Positions 38,645 to 48,142 of a DNA stretch of 64,000 nt are shown one piece after another; position 1 is the stretch's first letter; every line of letters starts with the position of its first letter. Where the stretch lies: the NCBI GenBank assembly GCA_963833225.1, contig CAWHXD010000019.1, forward strand, positions 672,001 through 736,000, given 5' to 3'. A model generated the notes under the pieces. That model worked only from the letters and a program-made list of their open reading frames with translations, was not told where the DNA came from and searched no databases. A program made the translations under genes and the position numbers. The stretch comes from an uncultured Chloroflexia bacterium (lineage in GTDB: Bacteria; Chloroflexota; Limnocylindria; Limnocylindrales; CSP1-4).

Positions 38645-38687
38645 TTGACGGATCGGCCGGTAATTCCGATAATTCCACTAGGGATTA
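38645..38687 (+). promoter_or_regulatory. Sigma70-type promoter of sufB with an overlapping AT-rich imperfect palindrome
   Basis: TTGACG (38645) - 17 nt - GATAAT (38668); TAATTCC...GGGATTA at 38661-38687. Confidence 0.6.
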
Positions 38688-38787
38688 GCTCGCGGCCCCG
38701 CGTCCCCGGGGTCGCGGCGACTCCCGCCCGATGCCAATACCCACCCCGGACCCCAGCCGGCGGCCCGCGGCCGCGAACGGAGCTGCG

Positions 38788-40191
38788 ATGACCACGACCC
38801 GCGACCTCGTCAAGGACGAGCGCGACCAGTTCGCGTTCCACGATGACATCGTGTACCTGCGCGAGACCAAGCGCGGGCTCACGCGCGACACGGTGGAGGA
38901 GATCAGCCGGTTCAAGGACGAGCCGGACTGGATGCTCCAGTTCCGCCTCCGCGCCTATGAGCACTTCCTCAAGCGCCCCATGCCGACCTGGGGCGGCGCG
39001 CTCGACGCCATCGATCTCGACAAGATCGTCTACTACCGCAAGCCGTCCGAGCGCGAGGAGAAGTCCTGGGACGACGTGCCGGAGCAGATCAAGGCGACGT
39101 TCGAGAAGCTGGGCATCCCCGAGGCGGAGCGCAAGTTCCTCGCCGGCGTCGGCGCCCAGTACGACTCCGAGGTGGTCTACCACTCCGTCCGCGAGGAGCT
39201 GTCCAAGATCGGCGTGGTGTTCATGGGCACCGACCAGGCGCTCAAGGAGTACCCGGACATCTTCCGCCAGCACTTTGGCACGGTCGTCCCGCCCGAGGAC
39301 AACAAGTTCAGCGCCCTCAACTCGGCGGTGTGGTCCGGTGGCTCGTTCGTGTACGTGCCCAAGGGCGTCGAGGTCCCGCTGCCCCTCCAGGCCTACTTCC
39401 GGATCAACGGCGAGAACACCGGCCAGTTCGAGCGGACGCTGATCGTGGTCGACGAGGGCGCCAAGGTCCACTACATCGAGGGCTGCACGGCACCGATCTA
39501 CGCGACCGATTCGCTGCATGCCGCCGTGGTCGAGGTCGTCGCGCTGCCGGGTTCCAAGGTCCGGTACACGACGATCCAGAACTGGTCGAACGACGTCTAC
39601 AACCTGGTGACCAAGCGCGCCCACGCGCACGCCAACTCGACCGTCGAGTGGGTGGACGCGAACACCGGCTCGCGCCTCACCATGAAGTACCCGGCGATCT
39701 ACCTGCGTGGCGAGGGCGCCCGGGCCGAGGTCATCTCGGTCGCGGTCGCGGGCAAGGGCCAGCACCAGGACACCGGCGCCAAGGCCATCCACCTCGCCCC
39801 CAACACCACCTCGCGGATCGTGTCCAAGTCCGTGTCCAAGGATGGCGGCCGAGCCACCTACCGCGGCCAGCTGCGGGTTGCACCGGGCGCCACGGGCGTC
39901 ACGGCGAGCGTGCGCTGCGATGCCCTGATGCTCGATGATCAGAGCCGCAGCGACACCTACCCGTACATCGACATCCAGGAAGACGACACGACGATGACCC
40001 ACGAGGCCACCGTGGGCAAGATCTCCGCCGAGCAGATCTTCTACCTGATGAGCCGCGGCCTGACCGAGAACGAGGCGCAGAACCTGGTCATCCAGGGCTT
40101 CCTCGAGGTGTTCACGAAGGAGCTCCCGATGGAGTACGCGATCGAGTTCAACCGGCTCGTCAAGCTGGAGATGGAGGGGTCGCTCGGATGA
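38788..40191 (+). CDS. sufB: Fe-S cluster assembly scaffold SufB
   Basis: GVGAQYDSE, NSAVWSGGSF, GQFERTLI, YIEGCTAP, YTTIQNWS, HEATV, LEMEGSLG. Confidence 0.96.
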   Translation: MTTTRDLVKDERDQFAFHDDIVYLRETKRGLTRDTVEEISRFKDEPDWMLQFRLRAYEHFLKRPMPTWGGALDAIDLDKIVYYRKPSEREEKSWDDVPEQIKATFEKLGIPEAERKFLAGVGAQYDSEVVYHSVREELSKIGVVFMGTDQALKEYPDIFRQHFGTVVPPEDNKFSALNSAVWSGGSFVYVPKGVEVPLPLQAYFRINGENTGQFERTLIVVDEGAKVHYIEGCTAPIYATDSLHAAVVEVVALPGSKVRYTTIQNWSNDVYNLVTKRAHAHANSTVEWVDANTGSRLTMKYPAIYLRGEGARAEVISVAVAGKGQHQDTGAKAIHLAPNTTSRIVSKSVSKDGGRATYRGQLRVAPGATGVTASVRCDALMLDDQSRSDTYPYIDIQEDDTTMTHEATVGKISAEQIFYLMSRGLTENEAQNLVIQGFLEVFTKELPMEYAIEFNRLVKLEMEGSLG

Positions 40192-41600
40192 CGGAGGTCG
40201 CCGAGACGTCAACTCCCGCCCCGCGAGCGCTTCGCACCGCCCGCCGGGGCCCCGCCGACCTGCCGTTCACCTTCGTCGACGAGGCGCTCGTCACCGCGAT
40301 CTCCGACGACCACGATGAGCCCGCGTGGATGCGCGAGGAGCGCCTCGCCGCCCTGGCGCGGTTCGAAGCGCTCCCGGTCGAGGCGAGCCAGCTCTACACG
40401 CCGTACGTCGACCTGCGGGCGGCCTCGCTCGACGGCGCGACGCCATACCCCACGGCGCAGGACACCGGTGCGACCCCGGCCGCTGGTGCCTACGGCCCCG
40501 ACGACACCACTGCCGGCCTGCTGGCGCTCGACGGCGAGACGGTCGCAACGGCGACGATCTCGGCCGAGGCCGCCGCCGCGGGCGTCGTCCTGATGACCCT
40601 GGGCCAGCTGGCGATGACAGACTACGGGTTGTTCAAGACGCTCGTCGCTGACGACCCGGTCCTGCCGGTGGACGACAAGCTCGCCTGGATGGCCCGAGCG
40701 GCCTGGACCCAGGGCGCCGCGCTCGTCGTGCCCGCCGGAGTGCGAGTCGACCGCCCGATCGTGATCAGGTGGATCGTGGGGGCGCCGCGAACCCAGATCG
40801 CGCGCTCCGTCATCGTCCTTGGCGAGGGAGCGGAGGCGCAGGTCGTCGAGGAGCTCGTCCCGTCAGACGGCGCGGTCCCCGGTGCCCAAGGGCTGCTGTC
40901 CTCGACCACGGAGATCCGCCTGGGCGCCCATGCCCGGCTCGCATTCGCCAGCCTCCAGGAGACCGGCCCGGACCAGGTGATCTTCCAGCAGCGAATGGCG
41001 CGGCTCGGCGAGGGCGCGGATCTCCGCTGGGCGCTCGCCCAGCTGGGCGGCCGCCTCGTCCGCTCGCGAGTGGACAACGTCCTTGCCGGCGACCGCAGCA
41101 CGGTCGAGCAGGTGGAGATCGTGTTCGGCGCCGGGGACCAGCTCCACGACCTGACCTCGTACACGCGCCATATCGGCCGGGACACCACCGGCCAGCTGCT
41201 GTCCAAGGGCGTGTTGTTCGACAAGGCCCGTAGCTACATGAAGGGCCTGATCGTGATCGAGAAGTCCGCGATCGGCACCGACAGCTTCCTCGGTGAGTTC
41301 GGCATGAACCTCTCGAAGTCGGCGCGCTCGGTGGCGATCCCGTCGCTCGAGATCGACCAGCCGGACTGCCGGCGGGCGGCGCACAGCTCGTCGGTCGGAC
41401 CGGTCGACGAAGGCCAGGTGTTCTACCTGGAGAGCCGGGGGATCCCTCCGGACGAGGCCCGCAAGTTCATCGTCCTCGGGTTCCTGGAGCCGGTGGTGGC
41501 CAGGGTCCCGCTCGAGGAGGCGCAGGACCGCCTGCGCGACGCCCTGGAGGCCAAGTGGGCCGCCGGGCTCGCGGGCGCGGGTTCCGCGACGGCGGCCTGA
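40188..41600 (+). CDS. sufD: Fe-S cluster assembly protein SufD
   Basis: SufBD beta-helix, IPSLEI, AAHSSSVG, FYLESRGI; ATGA overlap with sufB. Confidence 0.88.
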   Translation: MTEVAETSTPAPRALRTARRGPADLPFTFVDEALVTAISDDHDEPAWMREERLAALARFEALPVEASQLYTPYVDLRAASLDGATPYPTAQDTGATPAAGAYGPDDTTAGLLALDGETVATATISAEAAAAGVVLMTLGQLAMTDYGLFKTLVADDPVLPVDDKLAWMARAAWTQGAALVVPAGVRVDRPIVIRWIVGAPRTQIARSVIVLGEGAEAQVVEELVPSDGAVPGAQGLLSSTTEIRLGAHARLAFASLQETGPDQVIFQQRMARLGEGADLRWALAQLGGRLVRSRVDNVLAGDRSTVEQVEIVFGAGDQLHDLTSYTRHIGRDTTGQLLSKGVLFDKARSYMKGLIVIEKSAIGTDSFLGEFGMNLSKSARSVAIPSLEIDQPDCRRAAHSSSVGPVDEGQVFYLESRGIPPDEARKFIVLGFLEPVVARVPLEEAQDRLRDALEAKWAAGLAGAGSATAA

Positions 41601-41941
41601 GCCGGGTCATCGACCTCCTCGGAGCCGACGAGCTCGAGGAGGGGGAGATGCGGATGGTCTGGGTGGACCAGTCCGATCCCGTGCTCGTGATCCACGTGAA
41701 CGGCGAGTTCCATGCCCTGCAGGGGACCTGCTCGCACGAGTACTTCGAGCTTGACCGCGGCTTCCTGACCGCGGGCACCCTGACCTGCGCCCTGCACCTG
41801 TCCCGCTTCGACCTCACCGATGGCGAGCCGCTCGACGCTCCAGCGGAGCTCCCGCTCGCGGTCTACGAGGTCCGGGTCGACGGCGGCCGAGTCCTGATCG
41901 AGGTGGACGACGGGCCGCTGGAGATCCACGAGGAGGCATAG
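41597..41941 (+). CDS. Rieske [2Fe-2S] ferredoxin (possible CTG start)
   Basis: CSH...CALH Rieske motif, FDLTDGE...PA..PL..Y.V. Confidence 0.85.
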   Translation: MSRVIDLLGADELEEGEMRMVWVDQSDPVLVIHVNGEFHALQGTCSHEYFELDRGFLTAGTLTCALHLSRFDLTDGEPLDAPAELPLAVYEVRVDGGRVLIEVDDGPLEIHEEA

Positions 41942-41956
41942 CCTCGCGGCCAGACG

Positions 41957-42922
41957 TCAGACCATCGGACTCGCGTCGGTCTCGGCGATGGGCTCGCGGT
42001 CCGGGGCAGACCGGACCTGGAGCACGAGCGCCCCGGCGAGAACCAGGATGCCGCCCAGGATCTGGAGCGGGAGCAGCGCCTCGCCCAGCAGCAGGGCGGC
42101 GAGCACCACCCCGACCACCGGCTCGAACAGCATCAGGATCCCGGTGCGCGTGCCGCCGATGGTCCGAATCGCGGTCAGGAACAACAGCGAGGAGATGCCC
42201 GCAGCCGCGACCCCGGCAACGGCGATGACGGGCCACGAGCCCGGGTCCCGGAACGGCACCAGCAGGTCCTCGCCCTGCCCGGCCACGACGGCGATCAGCG
42301 AAGCCCCAACCACCGATGTCGCCAGGATCACGAGGGTCGCGGCGTCCGCCGGCACGCTCGCATACCCGCCGCGGCTCACGGTCATGAATACGACCTGGCT
42401 GGCCGCGGCGGCGAGCCCGAGCCCGATCCCGAGCAGGCTCAACGGCCGGTCGCCGGCGTCGCCCATGCCGCCTGCCAGCACGAGCACGACGCCGCCGAAC
42501 GAGAGCAGCAGCGCCACCAGTCGCACGACGGACATGCGCTCGCGCCCCAGCGCCAGGTCGATCGCCACCACGCCGGCGGGATAGAGGTAGAACAGCATCA
42601 GGGCGAGCGCGATCGGCACCAGGCCAAAGGCGGTGAAGATGGACACGTTGAGGGTCACGCCCATGAGCGAGGCCACCGCGAGGGACGCCCGCCCTCGCCG
42701 TGACAGCCCGCGCACGGCGGCGAGCGACGAGCCCGCGGCCCCTCGCGACGCGATCAGCACGCCCAGGAACACGACCCCCAGGACGGCCCGCCAGGCCGTG
42801 AACGCGACGCCCCCCACGCCGGCCTCGTCGCCGAAGCGGGCGAGAGGCCCCAGCATTCCGAACAGCGACGCCGCCAACACGGCGGCGAGCGTCCCGATCA
42901 GCGGCGCGCGGTTCGAGGCCAT
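41957..42922 (-). CDS. DMT/EamA family transporter
   Basis: About ten TM helices, LFYLYP, LMLFEPVVG. Confidence 0.88.
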   Translation of the reverse strand: MASNRAPLIGTLAAVLAASLFGMLGPLARFGDEAGVGGVAFTAWRAVLGVVFLGVLIASRGAAGSSLAAVRGLSRRGRASLAVASLMGVTLNVSIFTAFGLVPIALALMLFYLYPAGVVAIDLALGRERMSVVRLVALLLSFGGVVLVLAGGMGDAGDRPLSLLGIGLGLAAAASQVVFMTVSRGGYASVPADAATLVILATSVVGASLIAVVAGQGEDLLVPFRDPGSWPVIAVAGVAAAGISSLLFLTAIRTIGGTRTGILMLFEPVVGVVLAALLLGEALLPLQILGGILVLAGALVLQVRSAPDREPIAETDASPMV

Positions 42923-42966
42923 GACAGCGATGGTACCGGCGGGCCTCGTCGCCGGAGGACGCGCGC

Positions 42967-43971
42967 TCAGCGCGGCAGGATCGTCCCGAGGCCCCGTTCC
43001 GTGGCGGCAGCGAGGATGGCCGAGCCGAAGACCACGTCCGCGAGCCCGGTCCCGAGGTGGGTCGCGACCACCCGCCCGGCGGGCCGTCGCACGCCGGCGA
43101 TCAGCGCCTCGCCGAAGGTCATCGCCGGGTCCGGATAGCCGTCGAAGTTGCCCATGTCCCGGTTGGCGACGAACTGCGCGACATGGTCCACGAGGAACAG
43201 GCCGGCATCCCGGGCCACCTCGGCCGAGCAGTAGGTCGCGTAGTCGACCGGCACCACGAGCGCGCCCGGCGCAAGCCATTCGCTGGTCATGACCTGGCGC
43301 TCCGGTGGCGCCACGAACGAGGCGACGGTGACGACGACATCGGCGCCGTCGACCGCGGCGCGTGCGGTGGTCGCCACCGCCGCCGACCCGATCCCGGCCG
43401 TCGATGCCGCGAGATCCGCAAGGGCTGCCGCGCGCGACGGGTCCCGGTCGAACAGGGTCAACGACACCCCCGGCAGCACGTGTCCCAGCACCGGCACGTG
43501 CCTCCGGCCCTGCACGCCGGCCCCGATCAACGCGGCGCGCAGCGGGCGCCCGGCCGGGGCTGCCGGAGCCCAGGCACGGATCGCCACGCCGCTGATCGCG
43601 GCGGTGCGCTCCGCCGTGATCGGCCCCGCGTCAAGGATCGCGACGGGCACGGTCGTGATCGGGTCGTTGAGCAGGAGCAGGGCGTAGATGCCGGCGAGCC
43701 CGGTGGCGTTGTTGGCCGGGTTGCCGCTGACCCATTTCATCCCGATCCGGTCCTCCGAGCCGTCGGCGGCCGACCCCGGCAGCCTCGCCGGCATCGCATG
43801 GGCAAAGGATGCCGAGGGCACCGGGTGCAGCCCGACCTTGACCGGCAGCTCCGCATTGCCGGCGAGCCCGCGCAGGGTGAGCTCGGCGAGGGCGAGTCGG
43901 CTGGGCAGGTCCGGCATCGCCGCCTCGACGTCCGCGGCGGTCAGGTAGCGCAGGGGAGGCAGGCCGGTCAT
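42967..43971 (-). CDS. Ornithine cyclodeaminase/mu-crystallin family protein
   Basis: HAMPA, GMKWV, ITAERTAA, IGAGVQG, G.GLADV. Confidence 0.85.
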   Translation of the reverse strand: MTGLPPLRYLTAADVEAAMPDLPSRLALAELTLRGLAGNAELPVKVGLHPVPSASFAHAMPARLPGSAADGSEDRIGMKWVSGNPANNATGLAGIYALLLLNDPITTVPVAILDAGPITAERTAAISGVAIRAWAPAAPAGRPLRAALIGAGVQGRRHVPVLGHVLPGVSLTLFDRDPSRAAALADLAASTAGIGSAAVATTARAAVDGADVVVTVASFVAPPERQVMTSEWLAPGALVVPVDYATYCSAEVARDAGLFLVDHVAQFVANRDMGNFDGYPDPAMTFGEALIAGVRRPAGRVVATHLGTGLADVVFGSAILAAATERGLGTILPR

Positions 43972-44032
43972 CGTTGAGAGTGTAGGACTGGTCGCTGCGC
44001 TCCCGGCGCACGCCTTCGCTACCCTTGGGCCC

Positions 44033-45295
44033 GTGAACATCGCCCAGAGCCTCGAGAACCTCCGGCTGGAGCAGGACGCCGTGGCTCTCTACGACGCCCT
44101 CGCCGGGATCGAGAAGGATCCACGCCGCGCGGAGGCGTTCCGCCACATCGCGGACAACGAGCGCCGCCACGCCGCCATCTGGGCGACGCGCCTCCGGGAG
44201 CTTGGCGCCACCGTGCCGCCGGCAGCCCGCCCGCGCGTCCGGGTGCGGTTCATCATCCTGGCCGCCCGTCTCCTGGGCACCAGGGCCGTCTCGGACCTGG
44301 TCAAGGCGCTCGAGGGTGACGAGGGCGAGATCTACGATGCCCAGGAGGCGAACCCCGCGATCGAGTCGATCGCCGCGGACGAGCGCGAGCACGCGCAGAT
44401 CTGGAAGCGCCTCGACGGCGAGCAGCCGACGGCACCAGCGGCGACCGGCCGCGGTTACGCCAGCGGGACCGGTGGCGGCCGGACCGCTGGAACGGGACGT
44501 CGGGCGGGCAGCCGGGCACAGGCCACGCGGCGCGTCACCGCGACGGCGCATCCGCCCGTGGGTTCCGGCGACGGTGGCTCGGCCGAGGCCGTCACCAAGG
44601 GTGAGACGTGGCACCGAAGTGCTCGGTCCGGGACGCTGAGGGCGATCATCTTTGGCGTCAGCGACGGCCTCGTCTCCAACCTCTCGCTCGTGATGGGCGT
44701 GGCCGGTGCGTCGAACCAGGGCTCGCTCATCCTCCTCGCGGGCGTTGCCGGTCTCCTCGCGGGCGCCTTCTCGATGGCCGCCGGCGAGTACATCTCGATG
44801 CAGAGCCAGCGCGAGCTGTTCGAGCACCAGATCGAGCTGGAGCGCGCCGAGCTGGAGGCGATGCCCGGCGAGGAGCAGCAGGAGCTCACCGAGATCTACG
44901 TCGCCAAGGGGTTCCCGCGCGAGGAGGCGGAGCGCATCGCGGAGCGGATGTTCGAGGAACCGGCGACGGCGCTCGACGCGCTCGTCCGCGAGGAGCTCGG
45001 GCTTGATCCGGACGAGCTTGGCTCCCCGTGGGGAGCCGCGTTCGGCTCGTTCCTGGCCTTCGCGATCGGCGCGGTGATCCCTGTCGTGCCATACGTGTTC
45101 GGGAGCGGAGCGCCGGCGTTCGCGATCAGCCTTGGCGTGTCGCTCGTGGCGCTGTTCGCGGTCGGCGCCGGCGTGAGCCTGCTCACCGGCAAGGGGGTGG
45201 CGTTCAGCGGCCTGCGTCAGCTGGGGATCGGCGCCGCGGCGGCCGCGGTCACGTATCTCGTCGGGAGCCTCATCGGCGTCGGGGTCGGCGGGTGA
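44033..45295 (+). CDS. Ferritin/rubrerythrin-like domain fused to VIT1/CCC1 transporter
   Basis: N-terminal ExxH motifs (NERRH, DEREH); C-terminal IFGVSDGLVS, GAFSMAAGEY, EELG. Confidence 0.88.
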   Translation: MNIAQSLENLRLEQDAVALYDALAGIEKDPRRAEAFRHIADNERRHAAIWATRLRELGATVPPAARPRVRVRFIILAARLLGTRAVSDLVKALEGDEGEIYDAQEANPAIESIAADEREHAQIWKRLDGEQPTAPAATGRGYASGTGGGRTAGTGRRAGSRAQATRRVTATAHPPVGSGDGGSAEAVTKGETWHRSARSGTLRAIIFGVSDGLVSNLSLVMGVAGASNQGSLILLAGVAGLLAGAFSMAAGEYISMQSQRELFEHQIELERAELEAMPGEEQQELTEIYVAKGFPREEAERIAERMFEEPATALDALVREELGLDPDELGSPWGAAFGSFLAFAIGAVIPVVPYVFGSGAPAFAISLGVSLVALFAVGAGVSLLTGKGVAFSGLRQLGIGAAAAAVTYLVGSLIGVGVGG

Positions 45296-45609
45296 GCCCG
45301 GGCCAGCTGGCGGCGCGGCTTCGGGCGGAGGGCCTTGCCCCCGGCTCGTGGTCGAACGGACCCGGCGACCGGTACGCGCCGCATGCGCACGACTACGACA
45401 AGGTGCTCGTGTGCGCCGCCGGTTCGGTGCGGTTCGGCGTCCCGGACCGTGGGTCCGCGGTGGATCTCGGGGAGGGCGATCGGCTCGACCTGCCGGCCGG
45501 CACCCGCCACGACGCGGTCGTGGGCCAGGATGGCGTCACCTGCCTGGAGGCGCACCTGCCCGCGGGCACGCTCGGTGCGCTTCGACGGCACGCCGCCGGG
45601 ACCTGGTAG
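45292..45609 (+). CDS. Cupin domain protein
   Basis: WSNGPGDRYAPHAH, GDRLDLPAGTRH; GTGA overlap. Confidence 0.8.
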   Translation: MSPGQLAARLRAEGLAPGSWSNGPGDRYAPHAHDYDKVLVCAAGSVRFGVPDRGSAVDLGEGDRLDLPAGTRHDAVVGQDGVTCLEAHLPAGTLGALRRHAAGTW

Positions 45610-45623
45610 CGGCAGGCCTCGCC

Positions 45624-46556
45624 TTAGGGGACGGTCCCCACGCAGGCCAGCGCGCCGGCAGAACCGCGGAGCGTGTAGCGATCGACCGACGCCGGGACCA
45701 CGAGGGTGTCCATCGGCTGCAGGACCTCGTTCCAGCCGTCACCGGCGACATCGAGCGTGCCGCGGATCGATGTCACCACCTCGCACGTTCGCCCGGCCGG
45801 AAGGCGCGTGACCGGGCCATCGAGCTCGGGTAGCTCCAGGCGCAGCTGGGGGGTCTCGAGCGCGCCGCCGTCGAGCCGGAACCCGGTCCCGCTGAGCTCC
45901 GCGACCTGGGTCGGCTGCAGCGCCCGCAGGGCTTCCGCCACGTGCAACGCCCGGCCGCCGGGACGGCCCCAGTCAGAGATGCGGAACGTCAGGTCGGAGG
46001 GCTGCTCGATCTCGTAGACGAAGGTTCCGGCGCCGATCGCGTGCATCGTCCCGGGCCGGAGCAGCCACGTGTCGCCCGGAACGGCCGCCGTCCGGCGGCA
46101 GTGCCGGAGGTCCGCCTCGCCGGCCCCGACCGCCGCCATCAGCGCTGGCGGGCCAACCTCGGGTGATGGTCCAGTGACCAGGTTCGCGCCCGGCTTCGCG
46201 TCGATCACGAGCCAGGCTTCGGCCTTGCCGACGGCGTCCGAGCCGTACAGCTCGCGGGCCAGGGCGTCGTCCGGATGGACCTGCAGCGACAGCCGGTCGG
46301 CAGCGTCGATGACCTTGATCAGCAGGGGGAAGCGCCGGCCCAGCAGGGCCACGCCCTGGGTCCCGACCAGGGCCTCGCCGTCCTTCTCGGCGAGCGTGTC
46401 CAGCGTCTGCCCCACGCCGTCCACGACGACCATGGATTCGGGGCCCGCCAGCCACAGCTCGCCAATGTGCGCGTCCGCGGCGCCCAGACGCGTGCCGGCC
46501 CACGGGCGGACGCTGGGTGCGGGGAGAGGCCGGTACGGCGTCGGGAGAGCGGGCAA
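45624..46556 (-). CDS. manA: Class I mannose-6-phosphate isomerase
   Basis: GELW, FPLLIK, LSLQVHPDD, GKAEAW, HAIG, EIEQPSDLTFR. Confidence 0.88.
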   Translation of the reverse strand: MPALPTPYRPLPAPSVRPWAGTRLGAADAHIGELWLAGPESMVVVDGVGQTLDTLAEKDGEALVGTQGVALLGRRFPLLIKVIDAADRLSLQVHPDDALARELYGSDAVGKAEAWLVIDAKPGANLVTGPSPEVGPPALMAAVGAGEADLRHCRRTAAVPGDTWLLRPGTMHAIGAGTFVYEIEQPSDLTFRISDWGRPGGRALHVAEALRALQPTQVAELSGTGFRLDGGALETPQLRLELPELDGPVTRLPAGRTCEVVTSIRGTLDVAGDGWNEVLQPMDTLVVPASVDRYTLRGSAGALACVGTVP

Positions 46557-46617
46557 CTTGCGGGCTCCTGTGCGTGGGCGGAGCCAGCATTGTAGGTGCT
46601 GGGATCCCCCGAACATG

Positions 46618-46648
46618 ACGAAACCCCGGCCAATGGCCGGGGTTTCGT
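46618..46648. terminator. Intrinsic terminator hairpin
   Basis: ACGAAACCCCGGCC-AAT-GGCCGGGGTTTCGT perfect 14-bp stem downstream of the small - strand ORF. Confidence 0.8.
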
Positions 46649-46669
46649 GCAGTAGGCTGTGGGACGCGC

Positions 46670-46804
46670 TTACCGGCGGCCGATGGTGCCCCAGAGGATC
46701 GGATTGTCCCTGGGGTCGGTCAGCCGCTGGGGGTCCTCGGCGCTCATCACGATGCTGACGATCGAGAACAGCGCGAGGAGCGTGAACACGGCAACGAGCA
46801 CCAT
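46670..46804 (-). CDS. 44-aa single-TM small protein
   Basis: MVLVAVFTLLALFSIVSIVMSAEDPQRLTDPRDNPILWGTIGRR; GAAGG RBS-like sequence; followed by a terminator. Confidence 0.6.
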   Translation of the reverse strand: MVLVAVFTLLALFSIVSIVMSAEDPQRLTDPRDNPILWGTIGRR

Positions 46805-46957
46805 GTCTGAACCTTCGCTAAACGGGGCTGGGCCGCGGACCGTGAGGTCCCGCCGGCCATTCCGGCGAGGTCGGCACCCCAGACGTAACCCTGATTGAGT
46901 GACTATACCTAAGATACGAAGGTTCTGCAATAGGATCGCCTAATGAATAGGTACTAG

Positions 46958-47452
46958 ATGAGCAAGAACATCCCTCTCAGCGACAACGACGCCCGCGTCC
47001 TCGAGATCCTCCAGGTCCAGGGCCGTCGTTCGTACGCGGACCTCGCCTCGGACCTCGGCATGGCCGCTCCGTCCGTCCACGAGCGAGTGAAGAAGCTCGA
47101 GGCCAGGGGGGTCATCCGGGGCTACGCAGCCGACGTGGACCCGGCCGCGGTCGGGCTGTCCGTCCTCGCGTTCACCTGGGTCACGCAGGCACCTGGGACG
47201 GTGTCCAAGGACCTGACGCCGGAGTTCAGCGCCATCCCCGAGATCGAGGAGTGCCATCACATCACCGGCGAGGCGGACTACATCGTCAAGATCCGCGCCC
47301 GCGACATGGAGCACCTCGGGGTGATCGTGCGCCAGATCCAGATCACGGAGGACGTGTTCGCAACCGAGACCGACGTGGTGTTCACCACGGGGTTCGAGCG
47401 TCGCCCGCTGCCCCTCACGACCGGGTCCGACGAGAACGTTGAAACCAGGTGA
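46958..47452 (+). CDS. Lrp/AsnC family regulator
   Basis: D.RVLEILQ..GR.SYADLA, RVKKLE..GVI.GY, ECHHITGEADY. Confidence 0.92.
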   Translation: MSKNIPLSDNDARVLEILQVQGRRSYADLASDLGMAAPSVHERVKKLEARGVIRGYAADVDPAAVGLSVLAFTWVTQAPGTVSKDLTPEFSAIPEIEECHHITGEADYIVKIRARDMEHLGVIVRQIQITEDVFATETDVVFTTGFERRPLPLTTGSDENVETR

Positions 47453-47470
47453 GGCGGGAGCGCGTAGAGA

Positions 47471-48142
47471 ATGACGGAGCGTCGCGCGGGTGCAACCGAT
47501 GAGGCCGCGCTCGTTCGAGCCGTAGCCGGCGGTTCGGAGGAGGCCTTCGCGGCGCTCTACGACCAGCACGTCCACGGCGTCCATTCGGTGGCCGTCCGGC
47601 TGTCGGGCGATCGGGGACTCGCCGAGGAGGTTGTGCAGGAAACGTTCCTCGCGCTCTGGAACCGGGCCGAGCTGTTCGACCCGGCGCTCGCGTCGCTCTC
47701 GACCTGGCTCCGATCGATCGCGCGGAACCGGACGGTTGACCGGCTCCGTGCCAGGGGCCGTCGGCCGACGCTCGTGTCGCTCGGGAGCCCCGGGGATCCC
47801 GACGAAGCCGACCAGGGGCTCGACCGGTTGCCGGCCGATGCGGCGGTGATCGGGGGTGCCGCGCCGGACGCGGGTCCGGAGGCCGCCGCCGAGGCGGCCT
47901 CGGTGCGAGCCGTGATCACAGCCGCACTGGCCACGATGCCCGAGGTGGAACGCAACGTGATCGTGCTGGCCTATCGTGAGGGCCTCACCCAACAGGAGAT
48001 CGCCGAGCGGCTGGACTGGCCGCTGGGCACGGTGAAGACGCGGACTCGACGGGCGCTTGCTCGCCTGCGGGAGCTGCTCGAGGCGGACGAGGCGCCGGTC
48101 GGGGCCGGCGTCGGCCGCGGGGATGAACATGGATCACGCTGA
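47471..48142 (+). CDS. ECF sigma factor (SigK-like)
   Basis: AFAALYD, AEEVVQETF, WL..IARNR.VD, LAYREGLTQQEIAERL..PLGTVKTR. Confidence 0.9.
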   Translation: MTERRAGATDEAALVRAVAGGSEEAFAALYDQHVHGVHSVAVRLSGDRGLAEEVVQETFLALWNRAELFDPALASLSTWLRSIARNRTVDRLRARGRRPTLVSLGSPGDPDEADQGLDRLPADAAVIGGAAPDAGPEAAAEAASVRAVITAALATMPEVERNVIVLAYREGLTQQEIAERLDWPLGTVKTRTRRALARLRELLEADEAPVGAGVGRGDEHGSR

